A stretch of 64,000 nucleotides of DNA from Cyanobacteria bacterium P01_A01_bin.123 (GCA_039815185.1 JBCBZT010000003.1:1-64000); one strand, 5' to 3'; shown: positions 10,976 to 20,888, counted from the stretch's first letter. Notes: generated by a model not told the origin, from the sequence alone. Program-made: numbers and translations.

Positions 10976-11297
10976 AGTCAGAACAACACCTGCTCCAGCC
11001 GCCAATTTTCTAAAAGGTCGTATGATTGCCGCCCGGATTGTTTCAATTAAAGTCCTTTCGACCCCGAGGGGGCAAAGACTCTACGTCGTTTTCAAAACCT
11101 CCAAGACCCCAAAAGCACTGGGACTATGGCTAACCCCTGGTCGCTCTAGTATCCAAGCTATCCAAGTTGGCGACCGAGTCTTGCTGCAACAGAGCGATGA
11201 GGGACATTTACGACTCGCCCTCCGCCCACTGCCCCAAATAACTCAGCTAAAGCTGTTTTCCTGGCTAAATCGGTGGATTGAATTATTTAACAGGTAG
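10956..11297 (+). CDS. Hypothetical protein
   Basis: 113-aa ORF; true start uncertain (possibly an internal ATG). Confidence 0.5.
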   Translation: MLCKAHKVRTTPAPAANFLKGRMIAARIVSIKVLSTPRGQRLYVVFKTSKTPKALGLWLTPGRSSIQAIQVGDRVLLQQSDEGHLRLALRPLPQITQLKLFSWLNRWIELFNR

Positions 11298-11555
11298 ACG
11301 CCAACAACCTTCGAGCCATTGGGCTAGCTCTCGCTGGGATGCGGTTACCTGTTTAACGACACTCCAAAGCTGAACCGCAGCAACAGCCGTGCTGGGGTCG
11401 GCTTGTAAAGGCTGATAGGCCCGGCATTGACAGGGCACACCAAGCTCTTGTAGCCGATGATAAACTCGCCAGCGATCGCAGCAAGTAATCTCAATCCAGT
11501 TGCCAGTCCAGCTATCGGGCAGTTCTGCCGATGATGAACAATCTTGATTTGGCAT
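11283..11555 (-). CDS. Asr1405/Asl0597-family small protein
   Basis: DRWRVYHRLQELGVPCQC...AAVQLWSVVKQ...RELAQWLEGCW pattern; iron-island context. Confidence 0.8.
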   Translation of the reverse strand: MPNQDCSSSAELPDSWTGNWIEITCCDRWRVYHRLQELGVPCQCRAYQPLQADPSTAVAAVQLWSVVKQVTASQRELAQWLEGCWRLPVK

Positions 11556-12067
11556 GAAAGATGAGCTCCAAACGACGGTTGCGTCAAACCTTAAATAAAA
11601 TCCAACAGATTTAGGGTCTCCCCAAAAAGCCCTGTGCCCAAACGATTATCTTTAGGCCAGATAATGAAAGTAACTTCTGATTAAGCACATTAGAAATACT
11701 GCGTTTATGCAAGCCAGCTTTTAGTTCTTTAAATCGATCGAGATCAAATAAGAGTTATTTTCAATAACTTAGATAAGGAGTATTTTGCTAATCATCAAGC
11801 AGATCTCTGAGAGTTGTGGTCAACAGTCATTAGCCTGATAAACCTCCTGACCCAATGGCGTATCCTAAACATCACTATTGAGAATAGCTATTAGTTCAAA
11901 CTCAATGAAACCTTGATTTACAGAGATTTTTATCAATTCTCAATAAGTTAGAATACAAATATGCCGCTATTTTTTTGATAGCTGCAGCTAGAAGGGTCAG
12001 CGAATAAATAGACTTTTATCAATGATCTCCCTTTGCTATCCAGACCTCAGAACAGGAGACCAAGCAT

Positions 12068-12613
12068 ATGCCTGATACATCCGTAATGGTTACCCCCTTT
12101 GGTGAAGTTAGTGACAACGTTGTTTTGTTTGAAAAATCAACGACTGAACCCATTTGTGAAGGGTTGAACATCGCACTGGCAAGTTTTCAAGCCCTGTATC
12201 TTCAGTATCAAAAACACCATTTTGTCGTCGAAGGCGCTGAGTTTTACCAACTGCACCAATTTTTTGAAGACAGCTACGATCAGGTCAAAGACCATGTTCA
12301 CGACCTGGGTGAACGCCTCAATGGACTAGGTGGCGTACCTGCAGCAAGCTTTAGCAAACTAGCAGAGCTTTGCTGCTTTACCCCAGAGTCTGATGGCATT
12401 TATCGTTGCCGCACGATGGTCGGAAACGATCTCCAGGCTGAACAGGCTGTGATTGGTGTTTTGCGTCGGCAAGCCGCTCAGGCTGAAAGCCTAAGCGATC
12501 GCGCAACCCGCCACCTATACGAAACGATTTTGTTGAAGACCGAAGAACGGGCTTATCATCTCGCACATTTCCTAGCGCCAGACACGCTAGTCAGCTTCAA
12601 CGGACAAAATTAA
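12068..12613 (+). CDS. dpsA: Dps family DNA-protection / ferritin-like protein
   Basis: [34 protein letters not shown]. Confidence 0.93.
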   Translation: MPDTSVMVTPFGEVSDNVVLFEKSTTEPICEGLNIALASFQALYLQYQKHHFVVEGAEFYQLHQFFEDSYDQVKDHVHDLGERLNGLGGVPAASFSKLAELCCFTPESDGIYRCRTMVGNDLQAEQAVIGVLRRQAAQAESLSDRATRHLYETILLKTEERAYHLAHFLAPDTLVSFNGQN

Positions 12614-12674
12614 AAAATCGCCATTGGTCGATGGCAAGACTGGTAGATCGCAAATCACCATGACATAGCAGTAG

Positions 12675-12705
12675 AAAGAGCCCTAGTAACAGGGCTCTTT
12701 TTTTT
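12675..12705 (+). terminator. Rho-independent terminator of dps
   Basis: aaagagccct-agtaac-agggctcttt followed by a T run. Confidence 0.88.
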
Positions 12706-12999
12706 GCTTTGCCCCCTTAAACATTCTACCCGTAGTTGAGAAATAGTATCAATAGTTTCATTCTAGCAGCTCAAGATCTGTTCCCTTGGCTAGAGACATT
12801 TTCGTTTACAAAAAAATTTTTTAACCCGTAAAAGATCGATGAAGACATTTACCAGAGCCAGATTAGCCCATATTTGAGTGGCTAACTAGAAGGGGAAGAT
12901 GGAGGTTGACATCAGCAAAGCACACCACTCGTTATTACTGCCGTTTTGACTAAGATCAGGTTAAAATGATTCTCAATAACTCCGACTTGTTCATCTGCT

Positions 13000-13623
13000 A
13001 TGACTCGCAAAGATCTAAAGCCCATACCCCAACGATTTTGCCTAGAGGGTCAGTTTCTTGGATTTGCACCCGGACCCAAGTCTCCATTCAAGTATCTACA
13101 GTTAGCGACGGTCGAAGGTTTAACGACAATTAAGTTGGGCAAATCCCTGCGGTTGATGATGTTCCGCTACCTTTCACCGGGAGACAACATCCGGGTTGTT
13201 GGGCAGCAGAAACTCGATAAGAAGACAGGAGAACCTTGTTTCAAGGCTGAAGAGGTGATGAAACTGTCCACCGGGGCGGGTTCAGCGTTGCCTGTTCAAA
13301 TAGGTGATAACCCGACTACACCTGTGGCAGCGTCCCCACCCCGCCCGGCCAAAACCAAAGCTAAGATCTTAGTGTGTCAAAAATCAAGTTGTCGCAAACG
13401 CGGCAGTCAGGCCGTGTGTCGCAGCTTAGAAACCGCGATCGCTCAGCAAGGGTTAACCGACCAGGTTAAAATCGTACAAACGGGCTGTATGGATCGCTGC
13501 AAGGCTGGCCCCAATGTTGTCTTTATGCCCAACAAAGCTCGCCATAGTCGAGTTTCACCTGATGCGATCGCAGCTTTGATTAACCAGCACTACAGTGCCC
13601 TCACTGCCGATCAACAGACTTAA
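13000..13623 (+). CDS. Thioredoxin-like [2Fe-2S] ferredoxin-domain protein (IdiC-like)
   Basis: C-terminal VCQKSSC...TGCMDRCKAGPN; lies between dps and a Crp regulator. Confidence 0.85.
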   Translation: MTRKDLKPIPQRFCLEGQFLGFAPGPKSPFKYLQLATVEGLTTIKLGKSLRLMMFRYLSPGDNIRVVGQQKLDKKTGEPCFKAEEVMKLSTGAGSALPVQIGDNPTTPVAASPPRPAKTKAKILVCQKSSCRKRGSQAVCRSLETAIAQQGLTDQVKIVQTGCMDRCKAGPNVVFMPNKARHSRVSPDAIAALINQHYSALTADQQT

Positions 13624-14201
13624 CCAATGGGTCTCAACCATCGCTCCGTTGATTTGTGCCGATTAAGATAGACAACCTGGTGGTGACGAGACCACTGTAA
13701 GGTTTTTGCCAGCTCAAATTGTCGAATTAGTCGTGTGACGGTGACGCGAGTGCTGCTGATGGATTCGGCAATTTGCTGATGGGTTAGGGGGAGTTCCATA
13801 TAGATGCGATCGCGCGAACGGGTGCCAAAATTTTGGGCAAACCAGTCAATCAGCTGTAGCAAGCGCACCTCGACTCGGCGACAGTGTAGGATTCTCATCA
13901 ATTCCCCAGATTGATGGATGTGCGTGAGTAAGGTTTGGGTGAATATTTGACCCTCTAGCACGAGGGGTTCAACTTCCACCGAATTGAGACACTCAAACTC
14001 GTACGGTGTGATCGGATTTAATTGAGAGCCAATGATGCTGCCTTTACCCCAGAAGCCAAGCGGGGCAATTTGGCCCTGATCGTCCCAGGTAATGGCACGA
14101 ACCATGCCACAGTGAATTCGCCAAAGCTGCCCTTCATGGGTCGAGAGCAGCGTATGACGCTTAAAACAGGTATTCTCGATTCTCAGGCGGTCAGTCATCA
14201 T
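13620..14201 (-). CDS. Crp/Fnr family transcriptional regulator (IdiB-like)
   Basis: LTHQQIAESISSTRVTVTRL HTH; short effector domain. Confidence 0.88.
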   Translation of the reverse strand: MMTDRLRIENTCFKRHTLLSTHEGQLWRIHCGMVRAITWDDQGQIAPLGFWGKGSIIGSQLNPITPYEFECLNSVEVEPLVLEGQIFTQTLLTHIHQSGELMRILHCRRVEVRLLQLIDWFAQNFGTRSRDRIYMELPLTHQQIAESISSTRVTVTRLIRQFELAKTLQWSRHHQVVYLNRHKSTERWLRPIG

Positions 14202-14215
14202 TTGAAATGTCCTGA

Positions 14216-14953
14216 TTACAAGGCGAGCGTTGAATAACGGTTATTTGAGGCTGGCAAGCTTTGCCAATAGTCATGGATGACTTGGGCAACACGCTTGGGG
14301 TAGTCATAGTGAAAGAAGTGTTTGCCTTCGGGGCAATGCCAGAGGCGATCGTGAGGTTTGAGCCAGTCGCGCCATTGCACTTGGGTGTTGCTATCGATAA
14401 CCACATCGTGGGCACCGTGACATACGAACAACGGCGGTTCAATGCCGCCACAGGTGAACACAGTGTGATTCACCAAAGAATGAAGTGTGAGTTGAGAATC
14501 TAGATCTTGTTGCAGCAGTTGAATTAACGCGGTCATAGCGGCCATACTTTGCACGCCAAACAGCAAACGCGCCATTTGACCCAAAATCATCTCCCGACGA
14601 CAAGGCAGCAACTGTCGCAAGGCGTAGTAATGGGCATGCCAGTTCACTGCTGGATTTGCACCGACGGAAATCAACGTTAGCGATCGCACTCGCTGGGGAT
14701 ATTGCTGAGCATAATGTAGCCCCACCAACCCGCTAATACCGTGGCCTAAAAGATGCACTGGGCGATCGCGTTGCTTTAGATAGTCGTGGAGTACAGTGAC
14801 CGCTATCGCCAAACAACAGGGTTCATCAGCGGTTTGAGCATAGTCCCAACAGCGGATTTCACTTTTTCGAGCCAGTTGAACCAGCAGGCGTTGATCAAAC
14901 CGCTTGAGACAGGGACTCACACTCAGCCAGAGCGCTTCAGAAGGGTGTGCCAT
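14216..14953 (-). CDS. Alpha/beta hydrolase fold protein
   Basis: VHLLGHGISG elbow, YAQQYPQRVRSLTL, HGAHD, GKHFFH. Confidence 0.8.
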   Translation of the reverse strand: MAHPSEALWLSVSPCLKRFDQRLLVQLARKSEIRCWDYAQTADEPCCLAIAVTVLHDYLKQRDRPVHLLGHGISGLVGLHYAQQYPQRVRSLTLISVGANPAVNWHAHYYALRQLLPCRREMILGQMARLLFGVQSMAAMTALIQLLQQDLDSQLTLHSLVNHTVFTCGGIEPPLFVCHGAHDVVIDSNTQVQWRDWLKPHDRLWHCPEGKHFFHYDYPKRVAQVIHDYWQSLPASNNRYSTLAL

Positions 14954-15427
14954 GGTTTTAGGGTTTGTATTTCAGATATTTAGATCAAATTTCGTTGTTG
15001 AGAAAAGAAGGAAGCCAGCGATCGCGATTCCCCATCGCTGGCGGTTTTGCTGTTAGCGGGAATGCTGAACGGCATTGGTATTTTTTGAATGCCAAGGCCA
15101 TCTAATGCCATAAATCGGCTCAATTTGCTTGTAACTGCGAATTGCTTGTGACTACAATTTATTTGTTACTGCGAATTAGATTCAATAGTAAACTGCAACC
15201 AGTATACAGGCTTTAGTGCTTTAACGAGAAAAATTCCCAATAAATTTGTAAATCCTGGTGATCGCCCTGTATAGGGCTGACCAGATTGCTTAAGGCACCA
15301 AGTATTGCTAAGACGCTGAGTACACAACCCTTTGCAGCGACTGCTAAAAGCCTAACGCTGAGGGTTTAAAGCTAGAGAGATGGCCTCTAAGCCAGTTTTA
15401 GATCGGGAGCGAACCCTTGTATTAGAT

Positions 15428-15874
15428 TTAACCCGAGCGACTACAGTCTGAGCAAACTGCATACAGGGTCAGTTGGCAATCCAGCAGGTAATAGCCAGAA
15501 TCGTCGGCCTGCCGCTTGCCGATTTGATCAACCGAGGATTCTCGAAATTCTATGGTTTTATTGCAGTGAACACACACCAGATGATGGTGATGTTCTTGCA
15601 TAGAACGGTTCAGTTCGTAGTGTTTATGACCTTCAGCCAATTCCAACTCCCTCAGTAAGCCCATATAAACCATCAGATGTAAGGTTCGATAAACCGTGGA
15701 GAGGCTAATGCGCTCACCATGTTTAACCAGCGTGATGTGCAACTCTTCTGCACTCAAGTGTTCTCCCCGAGGTAAGGCTTGCAAAATGCTCAGAATCTTC
15801 TGGCGCTGTGCAGTTAAGCGATATCCCTTGGCGTTGAGCTCTGTTTTGAGGATCTGATCAGAATAGAAGGCCAT
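15428..15874 (-). CDS. fur: Fur family transcriptional repressor (FurA-like)
   Basis: RLTAQRQKIL, HLSAEELH, STVYRTL, HHHHLVCVHC, CSDC. Confidence 0.93.
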   Translation of the reverse strand: MAFYSDQILKTELNAKGYRLTAQRQKILSILQALPRGEHLSAEELHITLVKHGERISLSTVYRTLHLMVYMGLLRELELAEGHKHYELNRSMQEHHHHLVCVHCNKTIEFRESSVDQIGKRQADDSGYYLLDCQLTLYAVCSDCSRSG

Positions 15875-16501
15875 AGCCTTAATTGCCGATTAATTAGGAG
15901 TAATTCTCGTTTATTCTCTACACAAAGTCAAGCGCTTACTAAGAAACAGTTCAGTATCTATGGTTGGGCTAATTCGGAACCAGCAGCGATTGATTCTTGA
16001 ATTGAGATGATTAGAGCATTCCAAGATGGGCCATGAAAGGCTACCTCGTAACCGATATCTGAAATTCTGCAGAAGCCTATAGGAATTACTATCAATAAAC
16101 CATCATAGGGCACCATTAGTCCCTCAAGTTCAAATCTTGCTCCAAACTGGCGACTGACTCAAGTCGCTTCACTGCAAATCAGCATCCAGACTCTCAAGCA
16201 AACCCAGGGATAGACCCTGAGTAAATGCTTAATTTATTACAAAGTTTAGGCAGCACACTTTGCAGGCTTATACATCCTACTGTCAGTGCTTACGGCCTTG
16301 TAAGCAGCATCAGCAGCCTATTCATGGGCAGTCTGTACTATAGCGATTCCATCTGCGATAGAACAGCAGTAAAACACGGTAAAGGCTTGATTTTTATAAG
16401 AACTAATGTCAATAGTAAAGGGGTCATGGATTGAACTCAGTCGCAAACCCTGACTGCTATTGAATCAATGGCGTTTGCTAAAGCGTTTTACGGAGAAAAG
16501 T

Positions 16502-17833
16502 GTGGTGAACAAGAGATTAAAACTCTGGACAGGGATCGGAACCTACGCCTTGGTCAATGTAGGTTTAACGCCGCTTGCGCTTGCAGACGCCGCCCATGCC
16601 GAGGAGTTATTAACCCTATCCGACGAAACACCTTCTATCCTGATTAGTCAAAACAATGCCTGTGTCGCCGTCGCGGTTGAAGGCGGTGGTGAAGGCGGTG
16701 GTGAAGCACCTGAAGGCGGTGAAGGTGGCGAAGGCGGTGAAGGTGGTGAAGGTGGCGAAGGCGGTGAAGGCGGTGAAGGCGGTGAAGGCGGTGAAGGCGG
16801 TGAGGCGCTGAGTCCGAGTAGGGTTTACTTGCCCCAGGCCCAGCGATTTCGCAATCGCCAAATCCTCAACACATTTGTGGATCAATTGGTCATTCCCAAC
16901 TATGAGTTGCTGACCCAGCGGACTGGAGAACTTTCAGAAGGCATTACGGCCTTTGTTAACAATCCCACCCCTGATACTCTGGCCACCGCTCGGCAGATTT
17001 GGCTCGCCACCCGCACGCCCTGGGAGCAAAGTGAGTCCTTTGCCTTTGGTCCTGCAGCGTTCCTGGGGTTAGATGCCGAGCTAGACGATTGGCCATTGAA
17101 CGAAGTTGACGTCATCGCCGTTTTAGAAAGCGGGGATTCGCTTACCCCTGACTATGTAGATGGTCTGCAAACCAGCCAAAAGGGGTTCCACGCCATCGGG
17201 TTTCTGCTGTTTGGCACGGATGATAATAAGGAACTTTCTGCCTTCACCTCACGGGATTTTGAGTACCTAGCCGCGATCGCCCCTGTATTTGACCAGACGG
17301 CTAACGATCTGTTGCTGAGCTGGACTGAGGGCATAGACGGTCTGCCACCTTTCCAAGGGGAGTTTATTAACGCTGGGGAAGGTAGTGAAATTTATCCAAC
17401 CGTTCAGGCTGCGGGGGAAGAAATCGTCCAGGGGATTATCGGCATTTTGGACGAGTTGGGTAACGTCAAGATTGGCGAAGCCGTCGATACCCAAAATCCA
17501 TTTCTGCTGGAAAGCCGTTTTTCGCAAAGCTCCCTACAAGACTTTAAGGCAAACCTCCGTAGCGCCCACAATGCCTACATGGGTGATTTCTACGGTAGTG
17601 GCACCTCAGGAGTCGGCCTAAGCGATTACATTGCCAGGGTTGATCCAGAGTTAGATGCTCAGATTCGAGTCCAATTGCAGCTTGCGTTGGCCAATTTGGA
17701 GGCGATTCCTGGCCCCATCGAGATCACCCTATGTGACAGTAGTGCCCAACCGGCGATCTCGGCAGCTCAAGACAGCGTTTTGGAACTGTTTGAGGTGTTT
17801 CAACAGCAGATTTTACCATTAGTGCAGCAATGA
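16502..17833 (+). CDS. irpA: Imelysin-like iron-regulated protein (IrpA type) with N-terminal (EGG)10 tract
   Basis: ARQIWLATRTPWEQSESFAFGP, LDDWPLN, KGFHAIG, ESRFS; GTG start after GGAG. Confidence 0.85.
   Translation: MVNKRLKLWTGIGTYALVNVGLTPLALADAAHAEELLTLSDETPSILISQNNACVAVAVEGGGEGGGEAPEGGEGGEGGEGGEGGEGGEGGEGGEGGEGGEALSPSRVYLPQAQRFRNRQILNTFVDQLVIPNYELLTQRTGELSEGITAFVNNPTPDTLATARQIWLATRTPWEQSESFAFGPAAFLGLDAELDDWPLNEVDVIAVLESGDSLTPDYVDGLQTSQKGFHAIGFLLFGTDDNKELSAFTSRDFEYLAAIAPVFDQTANDLLLSWTEGIDGLPPFQGEFINAGEGSEIYPTVQAAGEEIVQGIIGILDELGNVKIGEAVDTQNPFLLESRFSQSSLQDFKANLRSAHNAYMGDFYGSGTSGVGLSDYIARVDPELDAQIRVQLQLALANLEAIPGPIEITLCDSSAQPAISAAQDSVLELFEVFQQQILPLVQQ
16679..16804 (+). repeat. 9-bp coding minisatellite gaaggcggt-like, encoding (EGG)n
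   Basis: Ten EGG units at 16712-16801, preceded by two EGGG units. Confidence 0.95.
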
Positions 17834-19245
17834 TGACATCACCCATGCAGTTAATTCGACACCAGAGGCATTGGGTTCATCGTCTAGTGCTGGGTTTGGG
17901 GACTGCGATCGCAGGCATTGTGGTTTCAACACTGCTTCACTTGCCAGTACAGGCCCAACTTTCACCCCTGTCAGGAGGAGATACAACCCTAAACATCCGC
18001 TCTTCCCAGGCCTACACCCAACCGGCCCCCAATCTAGATGAATTTTGGGATGACCGTCATGCCGCTGGCGACCTGGCCTTTGAAGCAGCCTTTGTGACGT
18101 CCCCAGCCAATGTCAATCCCGGCTTGGGACCATTGTTTAACAGCAGTTCTTGTGTCGGCTGTCACATTAACAACGGTCGAGGACTGCAAGAGAAGGGGCA
18201 ACGGGTCGTGCGGGTGAGCCAACTGGACACAGCGGCAAACACTGCCTTACCCCCAGTGCATCCCTATGCAGCTGAGGCAGTTGCGCCCACTGCAAATACA
18301 CCCCCCGTACCTGGCCTCGGCACCCAGGTCCAGGAGCAAGGGATTTATGGCAATCCCCCCGAGGCGAGGATAGAAATCACCTGGCAAGATGAGGCGGGTA
18401 CCTATGGGGACGGCAGTCCCTACACGCTGCGATCGCCTGAACTGACCCTGTCGCCTTGGGATGGCAAGCCACTGTCGGAAGGGGTAGTGATATCCAATCG
18501 AATTCCATTGCCAGTCTTTGGCTTGGGGCTATTGGAGGCTGTTTCGGAAGAAGTTGTCCTGCAATCGGCCGATCCTGAAGATTTAGATGGAGACGGTATC
18601 TCCGGTCGCCCCAATCGAGTTTGGGATGTTTTGCAGCAGACAGATGTGCTAGGTCGGTTTGGCTGGAAGGCTAATGCCCCCGATTTACTCCAGCAAACGG
18701 CCTCTGCATACGCTAATGATATGGGGGTCTCCAATCCCCTGTTTCCGGCAGCAGACGGTACCGAGGATATTGATATGGATATTCTCGAAGCTGCCACCAT
18801 CTATGTACAAACCCTGGCGGTTCCGGCTCGAACTGAGATCAACGATACCCAGGTCAGACGGGGAGAGCAGTTGTTTGCTGATGCTAACTGTGCTGCCTGC
18901 CATTTGAGCGAACTGCGGACAGGCCCTCATGAAATTCCAGCATTAGTGAATCAAACCATCCATCCCTATACGGATTTGCTACTGCACAACATGGGGCCAG
19001 ACCTAGCGGACAATCGCCCTGATTTCCAAGCCTCTGGGGAAGAATGGCGTACGCCTGCGCTGTGGGGGCTTGGCCTCGTACAAACGGTGCTACCCTACTC
19101 GACCTATCTCCACGATGGCCGGGCCCGCACGATAGAGGAGGCCATCCTTTGGCATGGGGGTGAAGCCGCCGATGCCCAGGAGGCGTTTCGGACGATGGAC
19201 AGCGTTGATCGCGACGCGTTGATCGCGTTTTTGAAATCGCTATAG
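17830..19245 (+). CDS. Di-haem oxidoreductase (DHOR) family protein, IrpB-like
   Basis: CVGCH and CAACH haem motifs, GLGPLFN, GRFGWKA, WRTPALWG, YLHDGRA; overlaps the imelysin stop. Confidence 0.9.
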   Translation: MMTSPMQLIRHQRHWVHRLVLGLGTAIAGIVVSTLLHLPVQAQLSPLSGGDTTLNIRSSQAYTQPAPNLDEFWDDRHAAGDLAFEAAFVTSPANVNPGLGPLFNSSSCVGCHINNGRGLQEKGQRVVRVSQLDTAANTALPPVHPYAAEAVAPTANTPPVPGLGTQVQEQGIYGNPPEARIEITWQDEAGTYGDGSPYTLRSPELTLSPWDGKPLSEGVVISNRIPLPVFGLGLLEAVSEEVVLQSADPEDLDGDGISGRPNRVWDVLQQTDVLGRFGWKANAPDLLQQTASAYANDMGVSNPLFPAADGTEDIDMDILEAATIYVQTLAVPARTEINDTQVRRGEQLFADANCAACHLSELRTGPHEIPALVNQTIHPYTDLLLHNMGPDLADNRPDFQASGEEWRTPALWGLGLVQTVLPYSTYLHDGRARTIEEAILWHGGEAADAQEAFRTMDSVDRDALIAFLKSL

Positions 19246-19271
19246 CCCTGTAATGCCAAAACGCAATGTCG

Positions 19272-19303
19272 TAGTAGGGGTGCGATTAATCGTGCCCCTA
19301 CTA
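19272..19303. repeat. GTAG-type REP-like palindrome / bidirectional terminator
   Basis: tagtaggggtgcgatt-aatcgtgcccctacta between convergent genes. Confidence 0.7.
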
Positions 19304-19320
19304 TCATGTTTTTTGAGAAG

Positions 19321-19995
19321 TTAACAATCCGCCCATTTCCGCAGCAAATTGGCGTGGGTTTTGGATAACAAATCAAATTCCTGGGTTTTGCCGTGCTGTT
19401 CAAATAACGACTGGCGGGCCGTATCAAGGTCGAATAAAATTTCTCGGTCTTGGGGGTCGCGTACCAAACTTTGAACCCAGCTCACTGCCGCCAACCGCAT
19501 CCCGGCGGTCACCGTTTCTACCCGGTGGAGTGTTGATGACGGATAAACAATCATGGCTCCGGCAGGCAGTTTATAGTCTTGTTCTCCCTGGGCACTATCG
19601 ATGATCAGCTCACCCCCTTGGTAGGCATCGGGGGGATTGAGAAATAGGGTAAACGAGATATCCGATCGCATGACCTGCGTTTGCCGATTCATCAAAGCAT
19701 CATCGGTGTGGGTGCCGTAGGCCATACCAGCCTCGTAGCGACTTACTAATAGGGGATGAATGCGCTTGGGGTAAGCCGCCATCTGAAACAGGCGATTGCG
19801 ATGGAGGGCAATGTCGATCAGCGATCGCAGCGCTTTTAAGGCTGGCGATTCCTTGGGCAATTGGGTATTTTGCTTCACTAGGCGGGCATGCCAACCCGCT
19901 GTGAGTTTGCCATCGGCAAATTCAGCCGTTTTGAGTTTTTCTGCGATCAGGGCTAACTCATCTGGAGTTAATACATCGCCAATACACAAAATCAT
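19321..19995 (-). CDS. piuC: PKHD-type Fe(II)/2OG hydroxylase (PiuC/YbiX)
   Basis: FADGKLTAG, YGTHTDDA, RSDISFTLFL, YQGGEL, YPSSTLHRV, SWVQS, NLLRKWA. Confidence 0.93.
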   Translation of the reverse strand: MILCIGDVLTPDELALIAEKLKTAEFADGKLTAGWHARLVKQNTQLPKESPALKALRSLIDIALHRNRLFQMAAYPKRIHPLLVSRYEAGMAYGTHTDDALMNRQTQVMRSDISFTLFLNPPDAYQGGELIIDSAQGEQDYKLPAGAMIVYPSSTLHRVETVTAGMRLAAVSWVQSLVRDPQDREILFDLDTARQSLFEQHGKTQEFDLLSKTHANLLRKWADC

Positions 19996-20086
19996 GGGGG
20001 TTTCCAATGTGCGGTTGACCTTTTTTACCCTGTCGGCATAGCCAAGGATTCTGCTAAACAACCGACGGAATGTTTAAGGTGGCTTA

Positions 20087-20773
20087 TCAGACTGACGGCA
20101 CCGTCAATGGGGTGCCGTTATCGCTGGGTTTAATCCCCAGTAAAAAAGGGACTGCCGTTTTGCCCCACGCTTCTATCGGGGTATATTGGGCGGCGGCTTC
20201 ACCGTAACAGGTTTCGAGCATGTCGGTGTGGATGATGCCGGGGTTAAGCGCCACGGCAGCCATACCCTTAGGCAGTTCTTGGGCGAGCGATCGCGTCAAA
20301 CCTTCCACGGCCCATTTGGTGGCGCAGTAGGGTGCCACGTCTGGCGAGGTCGAGCGCCCCCAGCCAGAGCTAAAGTTAACCACAATACCTTTCCCTCGCT
20401 TGATCATGGCGGGTAGAAAATGGCGAATGATGTTGGCAGTGCCCTTAATATTGACATCGATGACCTGGCTAAATTCTGCAGCGCTAATTTCCCATAGGGG
20501 AGCGGGGTGATTCACTAACCCGGCGTTATTGATGAGTAGATCAGGAGCGGCTTGGCTTGCCAACAACGTTTGGCTCCAGGCCTGGACTTGGGCATCATCG
20601 GCAACATCGGCCACGGCAAACTGATGGGGATGTCCGTAGAGTTTGGTCAGTTCAGCCACGCTATCAGGGTTGCGGGCACAACCATAGACCGTATGCCCTG
20701 CTTTGATAAAGCCTGCTGTCATCACCTGCCCTAGACCACGACTTACCCCGGTAATCAGAATTCGTTTTGTCAT
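20087..20773 (-). CDS. Short-chain dehydrogenase/reductase
   Basis: ITGVSRGLG, NNAG, YCATK. Confidence 0.92.
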   Translation of the reverse strand: MTKRILITGVSRGLGQVMTAGFIKAGHTVYGCARNPDSVAELTKLYGHPHQFAVADVADDAQVQAWSQTLLASQAAPDLLINNAGLVNHPAPLWEISAAEFSQVIDVNIKGTANIIRHFLPAMIKRGKGIVVNFSSGWGRSTSPDVAPYCATKWAVEGLTRSLAQELPKGMAAVALNPGIIHTDMLETCYGEAAAQYTPIEAWGKTAVPFLLGIKPSDNGTPLTVPSV

Positions 20774-20888
20774 ACCAAGCGCCCGCCTGAATCCGCTACC
20801 ATGAACTGTTGTAGTCAACATCAATGATTCTGCTGAGCAAGTCAAGGCAGTCACTCAGTTAAGACAAGCAGTCGGCAAGGAAATCACT

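Larger units (their letters stand above)
10044..16414. promoter_or_regulatory. Cluster of about ten Fur-box-like motifs in the intergenic regions of the iron island
   Basis: Approximate consensus TGAGAATnATTCTCAATA at 10044, 11749, 11876, 11929, 12736, 12961, 15170, 15225, 16080 and 16397 (span given is first to last site). Confidence 0.65.

Noticed and set aside
14960..15420. Possible IsaR1-like iron-stress sRNA (hairpin gccagcgat...atcgctggc near 15013-15042)
   Set aside because: I could not recognise the IsaR1 sequence, and a hairpin alone is insufficient to call an RNA gene.
16225..16434. 69-aa ORF upstream of the imelysin gene
   Set aside because: No RBS or recognisable motif, and it overlaps a Fur-like site; more likely promoter/leader DNA.
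16616..16885. Antisense ORF with (TAF)n repeats
   Set aside because: It is simply the reverse reading of the (EGG)n tract.
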